Shown in pieces: positions 9,180-14,764 of a stretch of DNA of 14,764 nt (positions are counted from its first letter, which is position 1; each line of letters starts with the position of its first letter). The stretch lies in contig PMWA01000087.1 of assembly GCA_003166335.1 (NCBI GenBank), positions 14,730-29,493 of the forward strand, in the 5' to 3' direction. Made by a program: the position numbers and the translations under genes. Below the pieces are notes generated by a model. It was not told the DNA's origin, did no database searches, and worked only from the letters and a program-made list of their open reading frames with translations. The stretch is from Methanobacterium sp. GTDB lineage: Archaea; Methanobacteriota; Methanobacteria; Methanobacteriales; Methanobacteriaceae.

Positions 9180-10334
9180 TTAAACTTCCTCCTGTTTGAG
9201 TCCGATCCAATTAATTTTGTCATCACTAGTTGAATTTCTGGTTTCATTTACTATGTTTTTTATATCTTCTGGTGAGACATCACGTCCACCCAAGCCTAAA
9301 ATAAAGCCGGAGGCATTTACATCCATTTTAGCTTTAATTTCATTATACAGGACTCCCCCAATACCCAATGATATGTTTTTATCTAAGACAGCGATTCTAT
9401 CAGCATTTTTAATTGCTTCATGAATCTCATCTTTGGGAAATGGTCTGAAAGCTATTACTTTAAGAAGCCCTATTTTTTCTCCCTGATCTCTTAAACTATC
9501 GATAACAGTTTTAATGGTACCACATATAGATCCCATGGCTACAAGGATTATTTCAGCATCATCACACATGTATTTTTCAACTAAATCATATTCTCGCCCG
9601 AAAACTTCTTCAAATTCTTTATGAACTCCTCTTATAACCTTTTTAGATTCTTCCATAGCTACTTCCATATCATATCTTGCTTCCATGTAATAGTTAGGAT
9701 CAGTAAAAGTACCTAAAGACATGGGATCTTCTGGATCTAAATAAGCGTGTTTTGGTTGATACGGAATTAAAAATTTATCCACAGTTTCCTGTAATGGAAT
9801 ATCTACTGGTTCAACAGTATGGGTAAGTATAAAACCATCCACACAGACCATGCTTGGAAGTAAAACTTCATTATTTTCAGAGATTCTATAAGCTTGAAGT
9901 ATTAAGTCCAAGGCTTCCTGAGCATTTTCAGCGTAAAATTGCATCCAACCAGTATCTCGCTGGGAAATTGAATCTTGTTGATCATTCCAGATACTCAATG
10001 GTGCTGATAATGCTCGATTAGCGTTTGCCATTACTATAGGATTTCTTAAACCAGCAGCTGCGAATAGAATCTCATGCATTAATGCTAAACCCTGTGATGA
10101 TGTTGCGGTGAATACTCTAACACCAGTACCAGATGCACCCACAGCTGCGCTTATTGCACTATGTTCTGATTCAACTCTTATGTACTCTGCACGGAGATCT
10201 CCGTCTGCTACAAACTGTGCTAGGTACTCTGAGATTGAAGTTTGTGGAGTTATTGGATAAACTGGGATGACTTTGGGCTTTGCTAGCTTAACAGCTTCGG
10301 CAATAGCTTTGTTTGCAGAAATCACTTTAATCAT
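9180..10334 (-). CDS. porA: Pyruvate:ferredoxin oxidoreductase alpha subunit
   Basis: 'YPITPQT', 'VESEHSA', 'TATSSQGL', 'NRALSAP', 'GLGGRD'. Confidence 0.97.
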   Translation of the reverse strand: MIKVISANKAIAEAVKLAKPKVIPVYPITPQTSISEYLAQFVADGDLRAEYIRVESEHSAISAAVGASGTGVRVFTATSSQGLALMHEILFAAAGLRNPIVMANANRALSAPLSIWNDQQDSISQRDTGWMQFYAENAQEALDLILQAYRISENNEVLLPSMVCVDGFILTHTVEPVDIPLQETVDKFLIPYQPKHAYLDPEDPMSLGTFTDPNYYMEARYDMEVAMEESKKVIRGVHKEFEEVFGREYDLVEKYMCDDAEIILVAMGSICGTIKTVIDSLRDQGEKIGLLKVIAFRPFPKDEIHEAIKNADRIAVLDKNISLGIGGVLYNEIKAKMDVNASGFILGLGGRDVSPEDIKNIVNETRNSTSDDKINWIGLKQEEV

Positions 10335-10577
10335 TTATTCTCTCTCCATTTTAATTGCTTTAACAGGACATTCTTGTGCACATATTCCGCATCCTTTACA
10401 GTAATCATAATCTATTTTATTATCTTTACTTATACATCCTTCTGGGCAAAATAGGAAGCAATTTTCACAATCTATGCATTTATCTTCGTCTAAAATTGGT
10501 TTAAAGGTTCTCCAACTACCTGTTTTGTTATGTTTACTACTTCCTGCTTCTTTAACAACTGCTCCTGTGGCCGTCAT
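10335..10577 (-). CDS. porD: Pyruvate:ferredoxin oxidoreductase delta subunit (2[4Fe-4S])
   Basis: 'KTGSWRTFKP', CIDCENCFLFCP, 'DYDYCKGCGICAQECP'; AGGTGA RBS. Confidence 0.95.
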   Translation of the reverse strand: MTATGAVVKEAGSSKHNKTGSWRTFKPILDEDKCIDCENCFLFCPEGCISKDNKIDYDYCKGCGICAQECPVKAIKMERE

Positions 10578-10589
10578 TGAAAATCACCT

Positions 10590-11120
10590 TCATTTTATAA
10601 TTTGTTCATATGCTAGTTTAGAGGCTTCAGCATTCCTTTCACCTATTTTTCCAGGGAAAGTTTCTTTAATTATCTTTATAATTGAATCTAGTGAAACTAT
10701 ACCGGTTATGCCTGCAAAAGCACCTAACATAACGGTGTTTACGATTGGAATTCCTAGAATGTCTAATGCAATTCCAGTAGCGTTGATATTATATGATTCT
10801 ATGTTTTTTCCAAGATTTACATCATTTTTAGTGTTAATAATTACTTTTCCATCTTTTTTAAGCCCAGATAATACATTTACAGCTTCTAAGAGTGTTTCAT
10901 CTAGTACAACAACATAATCAGGATTATAAACTTGATATCTTCTTCTTATTGGTTTGTCACTTATTCTTGTAAATGCCATGACTGGTGCGCCTTTTCGCTC
11001 AGCACCGAAGAATGGAAATGCTTGACAGTATTTTCCATCTTCAAAAGCAGCTTTTGCTAAAATTTCTGCTGCTGTGACTGCACCTTGTCCTCCACGTCCG
11101 TGAAAGCGAATTTCAATCAT
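10590..11120 (-). CDS. porC: Pyruvate:ferredoxin oxidoreductase gamma subunit (PorC, also called PorG)
   Basis: '[22 protein letters not shown]', '[13 protein letters not shown]'. Start at ATG 11120 with GGAGGT RBS at 11128-11133. Confidence 0.96.
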
Positions 11121-11164
11121 GTGTTCTACCTCCATTCCACATAGTTAATCATTATAAATTATAA

Positions 11165-11180
11165 TATATATACGTTTGCG
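11165..11180 (-). promoter_or_regulatory. Putative por operon promoter (BRE + TATA)
   Basis: Minus strand reads CGCAAAC-G-TATATATA about 45 bp upstream of the porC start, matching the archaeal BRE-TATA arrangement. Confidence 0.55.
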
Positions 11181-11517
11181 ATCTATTATAAAATTATTTA
11201 TCTTAAAAAGTCTAAAAACTTTTTAATTAACAATTAAAGGGTCTATTAAAACTTTTCAATCTATAAACTAATTCTTATTTTGATAAATACTGGGATATAA
11301 TTAATAAAATTAGAAAATAATTCATCTGAGTTTAAGTAATGAGAATAGTGTTCTCCATAATTGGTGCATATAACTACTTCTACAAACTTTTTTATTAATT
11401 TCTGCAAAACAGAAATTTAAATATTCAAGAACATTAATTAATTCTTTTATTATATATAAATATAATTTACATCAAAAACTAAATTTTAATATTAAATAAA
11501 TTTTCAAACGGAAAGCT

Positions 11518-13074
11518 ATGAGCATGAAAATTTTGATTATAACAGGTAAACTGGCAAGTTCATTGGTGAAAAAAGTTTCAAACCAATCCAAACATGAAAT
11601 TCATGTTCACACGATGAAAACACCCATAGCAGCATTTTTAACACCTCAAAAAATAATAAGAGAAATAAAGTGCAATGTTAATATTTTAAAATCAATTGAC
11701 ATTATCATCACCCCCGGACTTATAAGAAAAAATGTAAGCCCCATACAAGATGAAATAGGCATCCCAACATATAAGGGACCTAAAGATGCTGCTGATCTCC
11801 CCGTAGTATTAGAAATGATTGAAAAACTAGATTTATCATCACAAGTACCGGCTGATAAACTCATAGAGGATGAACTTAAAAGAAGAGCTCTAACTTTCAT
11901 AAATAATTTTGAAAAAGACAATAAAAACATTAAAAAACTTTTAAAAAAACCTGAAAATATCATGGTTGGGAATCTTCCTGTGGGAGAAGATTTTCCTATG
12001 CGAGTTTTAGCAGAAATAGCAAATGCACCACTTTTAAATGAAGAAGAACTGGTAAAGCGGGCTGAATATTTTGTAAAAAATGGTGCAGACATGTTGGATA
12101 TTGGCATGATCGCTGGAGAGAATCTAGCGAATAATATTCCTGAGATGGTCAAAGTTCTCAAAGTAAATCTGGGAAATATTCCTATAAGCATTGATACTCT
12201 CAATCCAGCTGAAATCAAAGTTGCAGTTGAATCTGGAGTAGACTTGATTCTAAGTCTAGATCTTGGTAACTGTGAAGAAGTCATACCATTAATAAGAGAG
12301 AAAAAAATTCCAGCAGTCATTCTTCCCACAGATTTCAGTAAAAATTGGACACCAAGAACAATAATGGAACGAGTGAATGCAATAGAAGAATTAATGAAGA
12401 AATGTAATGAAATTAATGTTATTGCCGATTTGATTCTTGATCCTATAAACAGCCAAAGCATAGTTGAATCCATAATAGCATGTCATAAATTTAAAAGAAG
12501 GAATAAAGTTCCATTGTTTTTTGGAGTGGGAAATGTTACAGAGCTACTTGATGTGGATTCAGTCGGTGTAAATGCTTTGCTTTCCGGAATTGCAATGGAA
12601 TTAGGTGCTAGCATATTATTTACCCCTGAAGCCAGTGGAAAAACTTTTGGAAGCGTTCATGAACTTGTAGTATCATCTAATATGATGTTTTTAGCCAAAA
12701 ATAGAGGATCTGTGCCTAAAGATATGGGTATTAACCTTTTAATATTAAAGGATAAACGTAAAAGAGAAAAAATAATTGAAGATATTAATACACCAATTAT
12801 ACCAGGCATTGAAGATTATAAATTTACGCAAGATCCTTATGGTAGCTTTAAGCTAATGATTGAAGATGATGTAATAAAGGCAGTTCATTATAAGAATATG
12901 AATCCACATGTTTCCATCACAGGTCAAACAGCGAAGCAGGTATATGATACGATCATAAAAGAAGGTTTAGTTTCAAGAGTTGAACATGCCGCTTATCTGG
13001 GTGCGGAGCTCCAAAAAGCAGAAATTAGCTTAAAATTGGGTAAAAATTACCTGCAAGATTTTCCTATATTTTGA
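11518..13074 (+). CDS. Dihydropteroate synthase-like protein (TIGR00284/MJ0107-type, pterin-binding barrel plus C-terminal DUF4346-like domain)
   Basis: '[11 protein letters not shown]' N-terminus, 'GADMLDIG', 'PISIDT', 'ADLILDP', '[19 protein letters not shown]', C-terminal '[13 protein letters not shown]...YLQD'. Start may be ATG 11524. Confidence 0.88.
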   Translation: MSMKILIITGKLASSLVKKVSNQSKHEIHVHTMKTPIAAFLTPQKIIREIKCNVNILKSIDIIITPGLIRKNVSPIQDEIGIPTYKGPKDAADLPVVLEMIEKLDLSSQVPADKLIEDELKRRALTFINNFEKDNKNIKKLLKKPENIMVGNLPVGEDFPMRVLAEIANAPLLNEEELVKRAEYFVKNGADMLDIGMIAGENLANNIPEMVKVLKVNLGNIPISIDTLNPAEIKVAVESGVDLILSLDLGNCEEVIPLIREKKIPAVILPTDFSKNWTPRTIMERVNAIEELMKKCNEINVIADLILDPINSQSIVESIIACHKFKRRNKVPLFFGVGNVTELLDVDSVGVNALLSGIAMELGASILFTPEASGKTFGSVHELVVSSNMMFLAKNRGSVPKDMGINLLILKDKRKREKIIEDINTPIIPGIEDYKFTQDPYGSFKLMIEDDVIKAVHYKNMNPHVSITGQTAKQVYDTIIKEGLVSRVEHAAYLGAELQKAEISLKLGKNYLQDFPIF

Positions 13075-13184
13075 ATTAAATGAATATTTGTTTAAAAATT
13101 TATCCAAATTTATTTTTATGAATTAATAAAATCTCACAATTTAACAAATAATTCAGGGTTATAATTTAATACGGGAGTTATAAA

Positions 13185-14111
13185 ATGTATAAGTGCACTA
13201 AATGTGGTGAATCACCAGTAATAATCCGAAGAAAGGCTTCAGGGCAACTTTTATGCAAAGAATGCTTTATAGATTCAACTAAAGAAAAGGTTTTAAGAGA
13301 CATACGTAAATATGAGCTAATAAAGAAGGGTGATAAAGTTTTAATAGCATTATCTGGTGGAAAAGATAGTGTCATGATTATGAATATCCTTGACATCCTG
13401 CGTCGAAGGAATATCATAGATCTTGTAGCTGTAACTATTGATGAAGGAATAAAGGGTTATCGAGAGGATGGAATAAAGATTGCAAGAAAAAATGCGGATA
13501 AATTAGGTATAAAACATAGAATCGTGTCATTTAATCATTATTTCAACAAAAATTTAGATGAAATGATGAAAGAACAGAAAGAAAAAGATTCAAGGCACGC
13601 TTGCACCTATTGCGGAGTGCTTCGCCGATGGATCTTAAACCGGGTAGCCCAGGAGGAAGATGCCACCAAAATTGCCACTGGTCATAACTTGGATGATGAG
13701 ACTCAATCCATAATTATGAATTATTTGGAGGGTAACTTAGATAATCTTACACGTATTGGACCTAAATCGGAATCTAACTATCATAAATTCGTTCCTAAAA
13801 TCAAACCTTTAAGGGAGATAACAGAAAAAGAAGCAGGACTATATGTGATAGCATCTAATTTGGAAGTGCACCTTGCAAGTTGTCCTTATGCTGGAGACTC
13901 CTTCCGGGGAGAAGTAGGTCGTTTTATAAAAAACCTTTCAGAGACTCATCCCACTATCATGTACTCTACTCTCCGTGGATTTGACAAGATAAAACCCATT
14001 TTAAAGCGGGAATTATCTATGAAGGGAGTTATGAGTGTATGTAAACAATGCGGGGAACCAGCTGCTGGTGATTTATGCAAAGCATGCACTTTCTCAGAAG
14101 AATGGAGATAA
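13185..14111 (+). CDS. TtuA/Ncs6-like tRNA 2-thiolation protein (TIGR00269 family PP-loop ATPase)
   Basis: N- and C-terminal Zn fingers (CTKC..CKEC; CKQC..CKAC), PP-loop SGGKDS, 'CTYCGVLRR', 'ATGHNLDDE', 'CPY'. Confidence 0.92.
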   Translation: MYKCTKCGESPVIIRRKASGQLLCKECFIDSTKEKVLRDIRKYELIKKGDKVLIALSGGKDSVMIMNILDILRRRNIIDLVAVTIDEGIKGYREDGIKIARKNADKLGIKHRIVSFNHYFNKNLDEMMKEQKEKDSRHACTYCGVLRRWILNRVAQEEDATKIATGHNLDDETQSIIMNYLEGNLDNLTRIGPKSESNYHKFVPKIKPLREITEKEAGLYVIASNLEVHLASCPYAGDSFRGEVGRFIKNLSETHPTIMYSTLRGFDKIKPILKRELSMKGVMSVCKQCGEPAAGDLCKACTFSEEWR

Positions 14112-14375
14112 AAAATTTTATTCATAAATTCGGATCAAAAATTTTTGTGAAAAGAAAATTAAAAATTTAAGTACGAAAAAGAAAGTAAAAAAAAAGAAAA
14201 ATATTAAACAGTTTTTTTAAATTCCCTCTAATTGATTATTTTAAATGTTTTGCACGTTTTATCTCACGATTACTTATTTTTTGGAAAAATAATTTTTCTA
14301 ATAGGGTTTTAGTACAATTTATTCGTTTTTATAGTTTTTTTGTAAAAATATCTTGATTTATATGATCAAAAGGAT

Positions 14376-14764
14376 TCAACAGAAGGAAATTATGTATATG
14401 TTATTTTGGGTGAAGATTTCATAAGCTTGGTCTAATGGTGTTCTTTTGTCATTAACTCGATTTTGAGGTTTGTCTAGATCTGTGTTTTGGCCTTTAAGCT
14501 TATGACCATGAATTTTTTATCATCAGACTTCAGCGTAAACTCACTTTTACCATGCCATTATCCTCTTTTTCATCAAAAAGGATATTCTCCTCACGATCGT
14601 ATCCTAGGATCTCTCTAAGAAAATCATAAAAATAAAGGTAACTGCTCACTTCTGATTTAAAATCTCCAAGTTCAACCTTTTCAACGTGACTTTTAATAAA
14701 ATCGTGTTTAAGGATGTTGAATTTAAATGCCTTGTCTTGGGCAGATCGGAATAACTCTTTCATG
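14376..14764 (-). pseudogene. Frameshifted, truncated N-terminal nuclease domain of a restriction-modification enzyme (Type IIG / HsdR_N-like)
   Basis: Joining three frames gives ...FLREILGYDREENILFDEKEDNG/GKSEFTLKSDDKKFMVI/(E)LKGQNTDLDKPQNRVNDKRTPLDQAYE; shifts near 14552 and 14500; stop at 14376-14378. Confidence 0.7.

Noticed and set aside
9179..9247. N-terminal extension of PorB overlapping porA
   Set aside because: ATG at 9178 has a GGAGG RBS and matches the expected N-terminus; the extension is an ORF-calling artefact.
1010..10917. Other short overlapping ORFs (1010, 2986, 3355, 4189, 4729, 5128, 6581, 7540, 7772, 8937, 9196, 10474)
   Set aside because: All overlap conserved genes in antisense or alternate frames and show no recognisable motifs.
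11646..12473. 275-aa antisense ORF
   Set aside because: Entirely opposite the well-supported DHPS-like gene; Ser/Ile/Phe-rich composition typical of shadow frames; no motifs.
13178..13417. 79-aa antisense ORF
   Set aside because: Shadow of the TtuA/Ncs6-like gene 5' end.
14112..14345. A/T-run-rich stretch considered as repeat array or origin
   Set aside because: No regular repeat unit or spacer pattern; best explained as a convergent terminator region.
1..14764. CRISPR arrays, tRNA/rRNA genes, transposases, in-frame Sec/Pyl recoding
   Set aside because: No repeat-spacer periodicity, GC-rich RNA gene stretch or transposase motif seen; housekeeping genes appear full length at their stops.

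Overview
AT-rich archaeal DNA. Gene content and order point to a Methanobacteriales methanogen, probably Methanobacterium-like; this is inferred from my recollection of synteny with Methanothermobacter, not from a search. Left to right: 3' end of a PhoU-family regulator, a citrate synthase/citryl-CoA lyase family gene (-), the phosphate ABC operon pstS-pstC-pstA-pstB-phoU (+), class I fumarate hydratase alpha subunit (-), the pyruvate:ferredoxin oxidoreductase operon gamma-delta-alpha-beta plus two polyferredoxin subunits (-), a dihydropteroate synthase-like protein and a TtuA/Ncs6-type tRNA thiolase (+). The right edge holds a doubly frameshifted, truncated restriction-modification gene relic that the ORF track shows only in part. 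Most of the window is conserved housekeeping DNA, and I cannot support a clearly new system. The best leads are the ~490 bp pstS-pstC spacer with complementary hairpin loops, an inverted repeat abutting the pstS promoter, an atypical PstS, a mini-ORF at the pstC/pstA junction, and the R-M relic.
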